A stretch of DNA of 64,000 nucleotides from Octopus sinensis (GCF_006345805.1 NC_042998.1:150536001-150600000), one strand, 5' to 3'. Shown: positions 12,506 to 25,889, counted from the stretch's first letter. Notes: a model not told the origin generated them from the sequence alone. Numbers and translations: made by a program.

Positions 12506-13889
12506 AGATATCATTATATTATAACTCTTAATCTGATTTTTAATCACTTCCATTCTAACTTCTTAGTCACGCGCTATCTATCTACCCAGATACACACACA
12601 CAGACACACATGGTTTGATGCTACTTTTGTTGTTACTCGGAGTTACCGCATCTGAGAGTTTTTTCAAGCAAATAAAGCTAATGTTTATACTTTATAACAC
12701 GTATTGAGTACTATGTCGCTCGTTCGTTATACGAAACGTATGTATGTATGTGTATGTGAATGTGTGTGTGTGTACCAATTCCTGTGATTGTGTTGTCCTA
12801 GTGAATGTTTCTGCGTGTGTATGTGTTTATGTATAAGTGTGTGGGTTCGTATGATTGTGCTGCACGTGTGTGTGTAATAAGAGATGTGTGTATTTGTGTG
12901 TGTAGTAAGAGATGTGTGTATGTGTGTGTGCGTGTGTGAGTTATGTGTGTATGTGTACTTGTTTCTGTGAGTGCATTGTCTTGGTGTGTGTGTGTCTGTG
13001 TGTATATATCTGTGTACACATGTGTGTGTGTTTGTATGATCGTGAGTGTGTGTTTGTGTGTGTGTGTGTGTGTGTGCGTGTGTGTTTGTGTGTAGTAACA
13101 GATGCATGTTCATCTAATAAGAGGAATCCACACGCTGCATGCCACACCTTGTTTCACCAAACCCAAGCCCCTCACCCACACCCATGCATCTTCCCCACAC
13201 TGCTCCGCCGCCATTAGTGGGGCGGAGTTGGCAGTATTGAAGGAAACTAAGCCACGCTCCAGCTAGCATCGACCTTCCACAATTTGCCAGCTTGACAGGT
13301 CTGTCACGTGAGACGCAAGACGTTCATTTCAGTGCACGTGCGCACGCTCGCTTGCACGCCTGCACGGGCACGGTTATTCAGGAAAGACTAGAAAGTGTGT
13401 GTGCGTGCGTGCGTGAGTTTGTGTGTGTGTGTGTGTGTGTGCGCGCGTTTGTGTGTGTGTGTAAAGGAAATATACACATACAAACACACTATCTCCCCCT
13501 TTCTCTCTCCTTCTATACGTATATGTGTGTATGTGTGTGTGTGTGAATCGATGCATACATAAATACGTATATGTACACATACATATACATATATATGTAT
13601 ATATCGATGTATGCATGCATATATATATATATATATATATATGTATACATGCATGTATATACATACATACATATATCGATGTATATATTCATAAAATTAT
13701 GAAATGGACTCTACTAAACTATCACGTGGTGTGAAACTCGAGGCGCGAGAACAAGAAATTAGTTTAAATAAACAATATACTCTAAAATTTTTTGTTTTGT
13801 TTTTTTTTATTTTTGTACCTTTAACCCTTTTCCATTACATTTGAATTATCTATGTAAATATAGACACGTACACACTCACACATACGAGT

Positions 13890-13938
<49 letters not shown>

Positions 13939-13985
13939 TATCTATAATATAAATATACATATCTATAATATAATATAATATAGAT

Positions 13986-14016
<31 letters not shown>

Positions 14017-14093
14017 TATGTATATATATATGTATATATATATATGTATATATATATATATGCATATATATGTATATATATATATATATATAT

Positions 14094-14137
<44 letters not shown>

Positions 14138-14599
14138 GGGATGGAGAGGGAAGGGAGAGGAGGAGAGAGGGACACTCACACACACACACACACACGTATA
14201 CTTTTGCATATACTAATTTTGAGTTCGGAAAACAATACAACACACTCGCCTGTCACGTGACCGCATCATCTGTGACATCAGAGTTGCTTCACCATCACCA
14301 CCACTGCCACTACCTAAGGGGGTATGTCGGCTGTTTGACTGAACTCTTCAACTCACCCCACGCGCACACATGCACAGTGGCTTCCAGTTATGTCTAAATA
14401 TAACAATATATTCTATCTCGATTCGCTTTGTAGACGATATATTCTAAGGTTATGTGGAATAAAGTGACTTGTCTAGAGTCACAGAGAAAAGCTTACGTTG
14501 TATTTTAGCTATGAGCTGCCACCGTCAGTATATTATCTACGCGACCATCCAGTCATTTCGCCTTCACACACATATAGGTTTATAATAAATAATCTTTTC

Positions 14600-15112
14600 T
14601 ACTAAAGGCACAAGGCCTGAAATTTTGGGGGAGGGGACTAGTCGATTGCATCGACCCCAGTGATTTACTGGTACCAAATTTATCGACCTCAAAAATATGA
14701 AAGGCAAAGTCTATCTCGGCGGAATTTGAACTCAGAACGTAATGCCGGAGGAAATACCTATTTTTTTACTACCCACAAGGGGCTAAACACAGAGAGGACA
14801 AACACGGACAGACAAACGGATCAAGTCGATTATATCGACCCCAGTGCGTAACTGGTACTTAATTTATCGACCCCGAAAGGATGAAAGGCAAAGTCGACCT
14901 CGGCAGAATTTGAACTCAGAACGTAACGGCAGACGAAATACCGCTAAGCAATTCGCCCGGCGAGCTAACGATTCTGCCAGCTCGCTGCCTTTCGAAAAAG
15001 ACAGATGGAATACCGCTAAGTATTTCACCCGGCGTTCTAACGTTTCTTATTTCTTTACTGCCCACAAGGGGCTACACACAGAGGGGACAAACAAGGACAG
15101 ACAAACGAATTA
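14600..15112 (-). mobile_element. Three stacked SINE family A copies
   Basis: The reverse-complement core occurs at about 14670-14730 and 14850-14920, with tail segments at about 14760-14820 and 15050-15110. Confidence 0.85.
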
Positions 15113-16755
15113 AATCGGTTATACCTATATGTGTATACATATAGAAAGAAAACATGTATAGAGTTACATAATGATGCATTCGATTTTTGGACCAGGTGGT
15201 GCATTGTCCCTTGATCATATCTTTTATGAGTGTAGTGCGTTTAAAAACACAAACCTATATCAGGAACAGACAAAAATAATCCAGCAACACTGATGGGTAT
15301 GCTAGATGCGCATTTCTGCGTTTTTGAGCTTTGTCAGTAACATATAGCCACTGGCAACTGCAATCTAAGACAAAATCCGCTGCAACTGATATAGGAGAAC
15401 AGTGACTGAAAAATCACCTTCGCAACACCATTGATATGCCTTTTCGGTATGGATTTACGTTAAGCGTGATGCACAATTGTTTATGTCACTCTCGCTCTAT
15501 GTTAATTGACTTTGAAATTATTGAATAAGTGAGTGAAATAACGTTGTCATTATTGAGTTGGAGTTTGGAACATCAAGAGACAAGAAATATTGATAGGTCT
15601 TAATTCACATCACATTAAACCAAGATGTTTGTATCATAGAAACAGTAGCATCCACAGGTGGGCAGGCATTGAAATAGTCAAACAACCAGAGGATATTGAC
15701 GTAGTCACCTGACCTACCTGACATAGTAGAGAATTTCACTCAAGTCTCACCACTTAAACAACGAAGTAGACTCACCTATTCCATTGGTTGGAATACATTG
15801 ACATGATGGTCACGGTTGGACACTTAATCATATGTTTGTTCAATCCAGATTTGCTTTGCTTGTGGCTAAGAAGCAACAATATAATGGTCGACCGCTTCTT
15901 GGACCTTTTCTAATCGTTTCTTCTAATCTATCATTGTTATTCACTACTTCATCACTAAATCCTGCTGATTCTGCTCGAATTGCTGGTTTCAGAAAGTCCT
16001 ACCAACGGTGAACATGTTTGACTTTGTTCGTTAATCCGGCCACTAGAAAACATTATTTAAAATATCTTTTCGCGCGCGTGCGTGATTCCCATATCATGCC
16101 TCCATCCTCCCCTCCCAGAAAAGGGACAATTCAGTATCAGGTTAACCCCAAATTAAGGCACTGTCCATACTGGACATGACATCATTCCTATTATCAGCTC
16201 CATGGCAAATCTGAAAGATCAACCATGTCATCTCTCCCATATTCTCCACAGCCCTTTAATCTAGACCAGTGATTCTCCACCATTTCTTTTTTATCTATGT
16301 ACCCCTTTACGTACTATTCTGTTCTGGTGGACCCCTGTAGCCATTCGATGTTTCAAAACTAGTTTCACAGGCACTTCTTTCAAAATTCCTATTTTGTTAT
16401 TCACAGACTAATTTGAAGATTGAACTTTGTAAAACGGTTGAGAAAGAGATTTAGCGACGTTTTTTTTTTTGGTGGGGATGGGGATTGCTATAAACACATC
16501 TGAATCAGAACATTTTTATGGACCCTTAGAATACTACTGTGGATCCCCCATTTACTATTTTGCTTGCGTTGAACCCCCAAAATCTTATATGAACCCCAAA
16601 GGGTCATATAGATCCCGACAGAGAATCACAGATCTAGACCCTATTCTTCATATTTACATTCATCGCCCATACAATTTATTGTCGAGGGCATCTTATTTCT
16701 CTGCTTCCAATCCGGCAGAAACTGATGCCGTTTAATAAAACTATATAAGATGTTG

Positions 16756-16799
<44 letters not shown>

Positions 16800-16811
16800 A
16801 TAATATATACA

Positions 16812-17145
16812 GAGATGTACTTGCATAGCGAGTGACTTGATCTGAGATCGTGTCTGGAACGAGAACAATTGCAGCGTGGAAGGTGTTTATAAGCCATTTA
16901 AGAACACACAAAACCGTTAGATTCATTTCAACATTTAAAGTTAATTTGTCAAAATATTTTCGTTGCTTTGAGACCGCGACCTGTTCACTGACAAAACTCG
17001 GTGATGCTGCACGAAGTTTTGTCAGTGAATAGGTCGCGGTCTCAAAGCGACGAAAATATTTTGACAAATTAAATTAAATGTTGAAATGAACTAACGGTTT
17101 TGGTGTTTCTTAAATGGCTTATAAACACCTTCCACGCTGCAATTG

Positions 17146-17147
<2 letters not shown>
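16812..17147. mobile_element. Fold-back PLE-type element with a variant hammerhead motif in each arm
   Basis: Arms 16864-16998 and 17015-17147 are inverted copies around a 16-nt spacer. HHR-like motifs at 16945-16995 (-) and 17018-17068 (+). Confidence 0.7.
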
Positions 17148-17184
<37 letters not shown>

Positions 17185-17290
17185 GTATATACCACACACA
17201 CGCATACACACGCACAAATATGTGTATTGAGATTTCGCTTTCTTAAAGATAGAAATACTTTGTAAACTATAAGTATAGGGTACAAAGTAT

Positions 17291-17345
<55 letters not shown>

Positions 17346-17724
17346 CTATCTATCTATCTATCTGTCTTTCTATCTATCTATCTATCTATCTATCTATGCA
17401 TATATCAATCTATCTATTTCTCGATGTCCTCATACCTATGTACACACACACACACACATCTCTGAGCGCACATGCAGTGAAGAAAGAGAAATTATAAATG
17501 TTGTCGTAATGGACGTGGGATTAAGGTTTCTTAGCAGAACAGTTGTGTGTCTTGGAGTGGATGGTAAAATAGGGACACGCACACACACACACATACACAC
17601 ACACACACACACCACAAACAGACACACATGCACCCATCCACATACACACATGTGCGTTTGTGGTGCGTGTGTGTATCTGTCTGTCTATGTATTTGTGGTA
17701 TGTGTTTGTGTATGTATGTTTGTT

Positions 17725-17787
<63 letters not shown>

Positions 17788-18639
17788 AAACATGTATGTG
17801 TGTCTAGAATTGTATGGTTAGAAAAGACATACATATTTTTGTGCCTGCGTGTAAATGTATGTGTGAGTGTGTATGTGTGCGCATTTCTGTGTGCGTGCGT
17901 GTGTATGTGTTTGTGCTTGTGTGTGTGGTGGGGGGGGGGCGGTGTACGGAGACACCACTCTATAGACACGTGCTGAATGGTTGACAGAGCAGCTTGCTGT
18001 GTGCGTACAACCAGATAATAAAAGACCATTTTCCCTCTATTTGTTAATACAAAAGGTTTCTCGCTCATTCATACGTTACCCACACCATCACCCCTATCCT
18101 GCCGACGCCCTACGGACGCACCATGCGTCACCGCACTGCATCCAGCGGTCTCTTACGTCATTTTAACGCCCCTCCTTTGCGCCACATTATTTGCAGCACT
18201 GCTCACCATCTTCCCCCTGCCATCATCTTTCCTCCCACATTGTATCACACCTCCCCCAAACACCGTACCCCACCATATTAATCCTTACAACTAAAACATC
18301 ACTATAGTCACTATTTCACACTGCAGGCAACACTAAACAACACACCTCAACATACAGTCCAACACTCCATCACACAATATCGATAATCCACAATAATCCC
18401 CAGTAGATCCACATGGATTTTATTTCAAGACCCTGTACATAGGCTTAGCTTTGTGGCCTGGCGTTGATCCAATTACTACAAAAGTTCTTCCTCTTGGCTA
18501 TGTCATAGTCTACTGCATGTGAGACTCACCGTTAATATGTTTCTTACAGTTAAACACTCACTTTCTCTATATATATTTCTTCTTTTATCTTCTCTATTAT
18601 ATGTATATATAATATATATATATTCTTTTATGCTTTTCT

Positions 18640-19110
18640 TTTATTTGTTTCAGTCATTCGACTGCGGCCTTGCTGGAGCACTGTCTTTAGCCGAACCAAT
18701 CGACTCCAGGACTTATTCTTTGTAAGCCTAATACTTATTCAGTCCATCTTTTGCTGAACCGCTAAGTTACGGGGACGTAAACACGCCAACATGTGAAGAC
18801 GCGTGGCTTCGTGGTTTAGGTCATTCGGCTCACGATCGTAAGGTCACGAGTTCAATTCCCGGCGACGCGTTGTGTCCTTGAGCAAGACACTTTATCTCAT
18901 GTTGCTGCAGTTCTAATCAGCTGGCAAAAATGAGTATTTCAAAGGGCCGGTCTTGTCACATTCTGTATTACACTGATTCTCCCTGAGAACTACGATAAGG
19001 ATACACGTGTCTGTTGAGTGCTCAGCCACTTGCATGTTAATTTCCCGAGTAAGCTGTTCCGTTGATCGTATCAGCTAGGGGCCTCATCGTCGTAACAGAT
19101 GGAGTGCTCC
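18640..19110. mobile_element. SINE family B tail (-, 18640-18795) abutting a third tRNA-headed SINE (+, 18797-19110)
   Basis: The second element has a tRNA-like head (cgtggcttcgtggtttagg..gagttcaattcccggcg) followed by CORE/V-like gtgtccttgagcaagacacttta. Confidence 0.7.
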
Positions 19111-19146
19111 CATATTATTCATATATATTTATATGCATACATACAT

Positions 19147-21105
19147 AAATCCTTAAATCCTTAAAAATGTTTAGCCCGAAGGCCGCGGTCATGCTGGGGC
19201 ACCACCGCTGAATGAGCTACACTAATATGTGAATCCACCTCTGATACGTAGCACTTGGTCAACAAGGGAGTTCGATGCCGCTGCCCGCACCTGTGTCTCC
19301 TGTCGTGAGGTCGGTTCATCTGGGATCCCCGACAAGAAGAGATCCAGTTTAGTTTTAAAGAAACCCACATCCACACCATGCAAGTCTCTCAGGCATTTAG
19401 GGGAGGAATGTTAAGAGCTGTGGTCCTCTAAAACCCAAGCTGTTGCGTATTATCTGGTTCTGTATTTTGATGGTGATGTTGGAATCTTTGGCACCATGCA
19501 GTGGCGCCCCGTTCTGCGGTTGGGGTAACTTTGAATACCAAAGTTTGGGACAAGACCCTCCAGGATTTTCCAGATGTATATCACCGCATATCTCTCCCGC
19601 CTTCGCTCTAGGGAGAAGAGGCTTAATACTTTCAGTCTTTCCCAGTAGCTGATATGTTGCTTTGAGACGATCTTCTTTGTGTAGCTTCTTTGAATTGCTT
19701 CGAGTTCTGCTGTTAGTTTTATATTGTGTGGTGACTATAGTTGGGAGCAGTAGTCCAAGCGGCTGAGGACGAAAGTTTTCCAGAGGACCATCAGTGTCTC
19801 CTTCGCTCTTGTTCTGAAAGTTCGGAGAATCCATCCAGCTAGCCGTCTTCATTTTATCACCAGATTAGTAATATGCACTTGGAAAGATGCATCATTGCTC
19901 ATGTCAATGCCCAGGTCACGCACTGATTTTGACTCAGGAATTGCAATTCTTCCCGGGCCAGTGTATCCAGTTTGCATGCCGTTTACCTTTGTTTGCCGGT
20001 AGCGGAGGGCCTAGAACTTACCTGCATTAAACTGCATGTTGTTGTCCTCAGCCCACCTGTATATTGTATCCAACTCCTGTTGCAGATGTGCAATATTTCC
20101 AGGGTTTTGTATTGTGTGGGAGACTTTGTGTCATCTGCATAGCTAGCAAGGGTGGCTATCTTAGCAACTGAGGGCATGTCTGAAAGGGCCACTATGAACA
20201 GCAGTGGCCCCAAGACAGTGCCCTGTGGAACACCGCTTGTTATTTGTGTTTCCTTGGAGGTGGCTCCATTGGTCACAACTGCCTGCCTTCTATCTTTTAG
20301 GAAGTTGTGCAGCCACTCTCCAAGTTTTCCACCTATGCCGAGACAACGCAGTTTATGACAAATTATACCGTGGTCGACTTTATCAAAGGCTTTCGCAAAG
20401 TCGAGATATATCACATCCACATTTGAGCCATTTAGTAACTGTTTTAACACCCAGTCATAGTGTTGCAGGAGCTGTGTTAGGCAGCTTCTACCTGGTCGAA
20501 ATCCATGCTGGGTGTCAGTCAGCAAGTCATTTTCTTCAAGGAACATGATTAGTTTCTTGCGGACGTCAGAGAGATAGGCCTATAATTTTTAGCATCTGCT
20601 CTGCTTCCTCCCTTATGGATAGGGCATATTACCCCCTCTTTCAATTTGACTGGGAGCTTACCACTTGCAAGAAAGCTCTGAAAAAGAACCTGTAGCGATT
20701 TTGCAAGGGCTCGTTTTCACGATTTGAGAAAATCCATCAGGTCTAGCAGCTGAATTTATGTCAATCTCATCTATGGCCAGTGTGATATCATCATCTTCAA
20801 TGTTGATGTACTCAATTTTTGCCTCTTTGGCCGCAGGTAAAGTGGCAAAGAATTCTTCTGGGTTGTTTACTTGCCTGTGTCCTAGAGGTGTAGTGAACAC
20901 ACTTTGGAACTGTTCGTTCAGTATTTCACTTATCCTCGTGGGATTTCCTGTGAGAGAGCCATCTTTTTGGAAGACAGGTCCTATTCTCTGGTGCAATGTG
21001 ACTGTCTCTTTGGCAAACTTAAAGAAAGCTTTAGGGCTTGAATTTATATTTTCTATTACCCAAGCTTCTTTATCTACTCTCTCCTTTCCATGAGACTGAT
21101 GCAGA
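19147..21105 (-). mobile_element. 5'-truncated, disrupted CR1-group LINE (RT domain, C-terminus and 3' UTR)
   Basis: ORF 19983-20546 has QHGFRPGRSC, YLDFAKAFDKVDH, SGVPQGTVLGPLLF and YADD. The upstream linker is PKAFFKFAK..EILNEQFQSVFT. It ends in a short (TTTAAGGA) repeat at about 19147-19165. Confidence 0.92.
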
Positions 21106-21195
21106 CTTTCTGCATACTTATACATACATGCATACATACATATATATGCATACATATACAAACATACATACATATATATATACATACATACATAA

Positions 21196-21279
<84 letters not shown>

Positions 21280-21488
21280 GTACATATATGTATGTATATC
21301 ATATACATACGCACACATACAGATACACAGGAAATACCAAAGAATGCCATTTTTTTTTTGTCATTCTAAGGCATAAAAGGCTGACTTTACATATTCTGTA
21401 AATCTTAGACTTGTTTCAGTCATTGGCCTGGGGCATGCTAGGGCACCATGTTGAAATGATTTAGTTCAGGGGCTATCAACTATTTTTA

Positions 21489-22993
21489 AGTTATCGTTAT
21501 AGATATTTAAGATCTATCTCCCTTACAGGGCTGATTAGAAATTGGCTGCCGGTTCTTCGCGGCCCCCCCCCTCTTTTTACATTGTCTGTCTGGACTCCTC
21601 TTCCTACTCCTCGACATGGCTATGCATACTTAAGCTAGAACCTGCCTCACTCTTGATTCCGAATTCCTTTTGCCAAGTCTGTCCGTAAACGAAGTGATCC
21701 CAAGATAAGAAATCTTTGAACTTTAATTCATCCGTCTCTCTTTATTATTATTATTTATTAATTATATTATTCTGATCCCCCTAGTCGCCACTCTGTTTAC
21801 TATTTCAGCTCGCCTCGTTTTTGCATATTCTGTATAATTCACTAGTTATCGTTATAGATATTTAAGATCTATCTCCCTTACAGGGCTGATTAGAAATTGG
21901 CTGCCGTTCTTCGCGGGGTTTCTCTCCCCTCTTTTTACATTGTCTGTCTGGACTCCTCTTCCTACTCCTCGACATGGCTATGCATACTTAGCTAGTAACC
22001 TGCCTCACTCTTGATTCCGAATTCCTTTTGCCAAGTCTGTCCGTAAACGAAGTGATCCCAAGATAAGAAATCTTTGAACTTTAATTCATCCGTATCTCTA
22101 TTATTATTATTATTTATTAATTATTATTATTCTGATCCCCTAGTCGCCACTCTGTTTACTATTTCAGCCTCGCCGTTTTTGCATATTCTGTATAATTCAC
22201 TAGTTATCGTTATAGATATTTAAGATCTATCTCCCTTACAGGGCTGATTAGAATTGGCGCCGGTTCTTCACGGGTTTCTCTCCCCCTCTTTTTACATTGT
22301 CTGTCTGGACTCCTCTTCCTACTCCTCGACATGGCTATGCATACTTAAGCTAGTAACCTGCCTCACTCTTGATTCCGAATTCCTTTTGCCAAGTCTGTCT
22401 GTAAACGAAGTGATCCCAAGATAAGAAATCTTTGAACTTTAATTCATCCGTATCTCTATTATTATTATTATTTATTAATATTATTATTCTGATCCCCCTA
22501 GTCGCCACTCTGTTTACTATTCAGCCTCGCCTCGTTTTTGCATATTCTGTATAATTCACTAGTTATCGTTATAGATATTTAAGATCTATCTCCCTTACAG
22601 GGCTGATTAGAAATTGGCTGCCGGTTCTTCGCGGGGTTTCTCTCCCCCTCTTTTTACATTGTCTGTCTGGACTCCTCTTCCTACTCTCGACATGGCTATG
22701 CATACTTAAGCTAGTAACCTGCCTCACTCTTGATTCCGAATTCCTTTTGCCAAGTTGTCCGTAAACGAAGTGATCCCAAGATAAGAAATCTTTGAACTTT
22801 AATTCATCCGTATCTCTATTTATTATTATATTTATTAATTATTATTATTCTGATCCCCTAGTCGCCACTCTGTTTACTATTTCAGCCTCGCCTCGTTTTT
22901 GCATATTCTGTATAATCACTAGTTATCGTTATAGATATTTAAGATCTATCTCCTTACAGGGCTGATTAGAAATTGGCTGCCGGTTCTTCGCGG
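21489..22993. repeat. Satellite with ~359-bp unit, about 4.2 copies
   Basis: agttatcgttatagatattt starts at 21489, 21844, 22202, 22561 and 22921. Confidence 0.95.
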
Positions 22994-23070
22994 CGCTCCC
23001 GCCCTACCCACCCCACCACCAATACCGGATATCTCTATTTTGCTCCAACTATACCGGATGTCGTTTCTCC

Positions 23071-24011
23071 CACCATTATAGGTGTCTACTCTTTGAACCC
23101 CCCTCTTCAATACGCTATTTCACCATGCATACCCCTCTCTCGATATCCTACGTTTACTTGCCTAGAAACCTGTCCTCTGAACCACCCCTCCCGCTGGTGC
23201 TCCCCTATATTTCTGCACCCCAACACCACCATTATAGGTGTCTACTCTTTGAACCCCCCTCTTCAATACGCTATTTCACCATGCATTACCCTCTCTCGAT
23301 ATCCTACGTTCTACTTGCCTAGAACCTGTCCTCTGAACCACCCCTCCCACTGGTGCTCCCCTATATTTCTGCACCCCCCCACCACCATTATAGGTGTCTA
23401 CTCTTTGAACCCCCCTCTTCAATACGCTATTTCACCATGCATACCCTCTCTCGATAATCCTACGTTCTACTTGCCTAGAACCTGTCCTCTGAACCACCCC
23501 TCCCGCTGGTGCTCCCCTATATTCTCTGCACCCCCACCACCACCATTATAGGTGTCTACTCTTTGAACCCCCCTCTTCAATACGCTATTTCACCATGCAT
23601 TACCCCTCTCTCGTTATCCTACGTTCTACTTGCCTAGAACCTGTCCTCTGAACCACCCCTCCCACTGGTGCTCCCCTATATTTCGCACCCCCCCCACCAC
23701 CATTATAGGTGTCTACTCTTTGAAACCCCCTCTTCAATACGCTATTTCACCATGCATTACCCCCTCTCTTATCCTACGTTCTACTTGCCTAGAACCTGTC
23801 CTCTGAACCACCCCTCCCACTGGTGCTCCCCTATATTTTGCACCACCCCCACCCAACACCATTATAGGTGTCTACTCTTTGAACCCCCTCTTCAATACGC
23901 TATTTCACCATGCATTACCCTCTCTCGATATCCTACATTCTACTTGCCTATTACCTGTCCTCTGAACCACCCCTACCACTGGTGCTCCCCTATATTTCTG
24001 CACACCCCCCT
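23071..24011. repeat. Satellite with ~157-bp unit, 6 copies
   Basis: caccattataggtgtctactc starts at 23071, 23227, 23383, 23541, 23698 and 23857. Confidence 0.95.
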
Positions 24012-24019
24012 CATAAAAA

Positions 24020-24262
24020 AAAGCACCATCCGAACGTGGCCGATGCCAGACCCCTCTGGCACCTGTGGCAGGTGGCACGTAAAAAACACCCACTACACTC
24101 GCGGAGTGGTTGGCGTTAGGAAGGGCATCCAGCTGTAGAAACACTGCCAGACTAGACTGGAGCCTGGGCAGTCCCGAGCGCTCCAGCCCCCGGTCGAAAA
24201 CGTCCAACCCGTGCTAGCGCGGAAAACGGACGTTAAACGATGATGATGATGATGATGATGAA
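24020..24262 (+). mobile_element. SINE or RTE-related 3' segment ending in (GAT)n
   Basis: ggtggcacgtaaaaaacacc..gttggcgttaggaagggcatccagctgtagaaac..cggacgttaaacgatgatgatgat. A short-repeat tail is typical of RTE-mobilised elements. Confidence 0.65.
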
Positions 24263-24265
24263 TAT

Positions 24266-24312
<47 letters not shown>

Positions 24313-24407
24313 GTATATATATATCTATATCTATGTATATATATATATATTTTTATTAATCATATATATATAATATATATATGTATATATATATATGTAT
24401 ATATATA

Positions 24408-25092
24408 TACTCTTACTTTGTACTTGTTTCAGTCATTTGACTGCGGCCATGCTGGAGCACCGCCTTTAGTCGAGCAAATCGCCCCGGGACTTATTCTTTG
24501 TAAGCCCAGTACTTACTCTATCGGTCTCTTTTGCCGAACCGCTAAGTGACAGGGACGTAAACACACCAGCATTGGTTGTCAAGCAATGCTAGGGGGACAA
24601 ACACAGACACACAAACACACACACGTATATATATATATATATATATACATACATACATACATACATACATACATACATACATACATACATACATACATAC
24701 ATACATCTCTACTTGCTTACGAGCCACATAGTTCCGGGTTCAGTCCCACTGAGTGTCACCTTGGACAAGTGTCTTATACTATAGACTCGGACCGACCAAA
24801 CCCTTTTGAGTGGATTTGGTAGACGGAAACTGAAAGAAGCCCGTCGTATATATGTATATTATATATGTGTGTGTGTGTGTGTACGTTTTGTGTGTAAGTT
24901 TGTGTATCTGTGTTTGTCACACCCCCCCAACATCGCTTGACAACTGACGCTAGTGTGCTTACGTCCCCGTAACTTAGCGGTTCGGCAAAAGAGACCGATA
25001 GAATAAGTACTAGGCTTACAAAGAATAAGTGTCCTGGAGTCGATTTGGTCGACTAAAGGCGTAGTCAAATGACTGAAACAAGTAAAAGAGTA
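24408..25092. mobile_element. Two SINE family B copies in inverted orientation (- 24408-24610; + 24715-25092)
   Basis: The tail sequence is present in both orientations about 300 bp apart. Confidence 0.85.
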
Positions 25093-25254
25093 AAAGCGTT
25101 TGTGTGTGTACGAACAATAATTAGATATATACATATATATATATGTATTTCTATAAAGATTAACGTATATAGTTAATATATATATATACATACACATATA
25201 TGTTAATATATATATGTGTTTGAATACATACATGCATACATACATATATAGGGA

Positions 25255-25420
25255 GAATTCACAACAAAATAAAAGACGAAGACAGGTGGTGTAGACAACA
25301 AACAGATGTATTAGTTTAACACTCGGGAAATGAAAAAGTCTTTAACGTTTCGAGCCTACTCTCTTCCACAGAAAGAAACAAGGAGACAAAATAAAGAATG
25401 TGTAGTGGCTAGCGATCTAC
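25255..25420 (-). mobile_element. Short PLE-type terminal repeat with a degenerate hammerhead motif (25339-25376)
   Basis: Minus strand TCTTT-CTGTGGA-AGAGAGTAGGCTC-GAAA-CG-TT-AAAGA; the core deviates from CUGANGA. Confidence 0.45.
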
Positions 25421-25610
25421 CATGGCGAATACATACAATATATTTATAACATTGCATATATATATAAAACATTATATATATACATATACATATACGTATA
25501 AATATATGTATACACACACACGCACATGCACGCACACAGACACGCACGCACACACACACACACATGCATATAATATATATTATATATATATATAATATAT
25601 ATATATATAC

Positions 25611-25838
25611 TTTATTAAAAGCAGCAGAAATTTCACAAAACTGATATTTCACGTTCCCGTTCGTCGGACAGTTTTGTGAGCATTCTAAACAAAACTGTCC
25701 GACGAATGGGTTCGTGAAACTTTAAGTAGTAGTTTTGTGATATTTGCTGCTGCTTTTAATGAAGCATATTACTCTACCTCTGGTATTTTGAGTTCTCCTT
25801 TTTCCACCTTGTTTCACATGTATGTACTTGCTCCGGTA
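25611..25838. mobile_element. Fold-back PLE-type element (same family as 54481-54703) in a (TA)n tract
   Basis: Imperfect inverted arms 25611-25677 and 25689-25763 contain ctgtccgacga..gtgaaa; the long arm continues to about 25838. Confidence 0.7.
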
Positions 25839-25889
25839 TATATATATATATATTATAATATTATATATTATATATATAGATATATATAT

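Noticed and set aside
19983-20546. Functional reverse transcriptase gene
   Set aside because: It is frameshifted right after YADD, 5'-truncated and internally deleted; the PLE and mariner ORFs are likewise broken.
21489-22993. Retrozyme or tandem LTR interpretation of the 359-bp satellite
   Set aside because: No ribozyme core on either strand, and no convincing TG..CA boundaries, PBS or polypurine tract.
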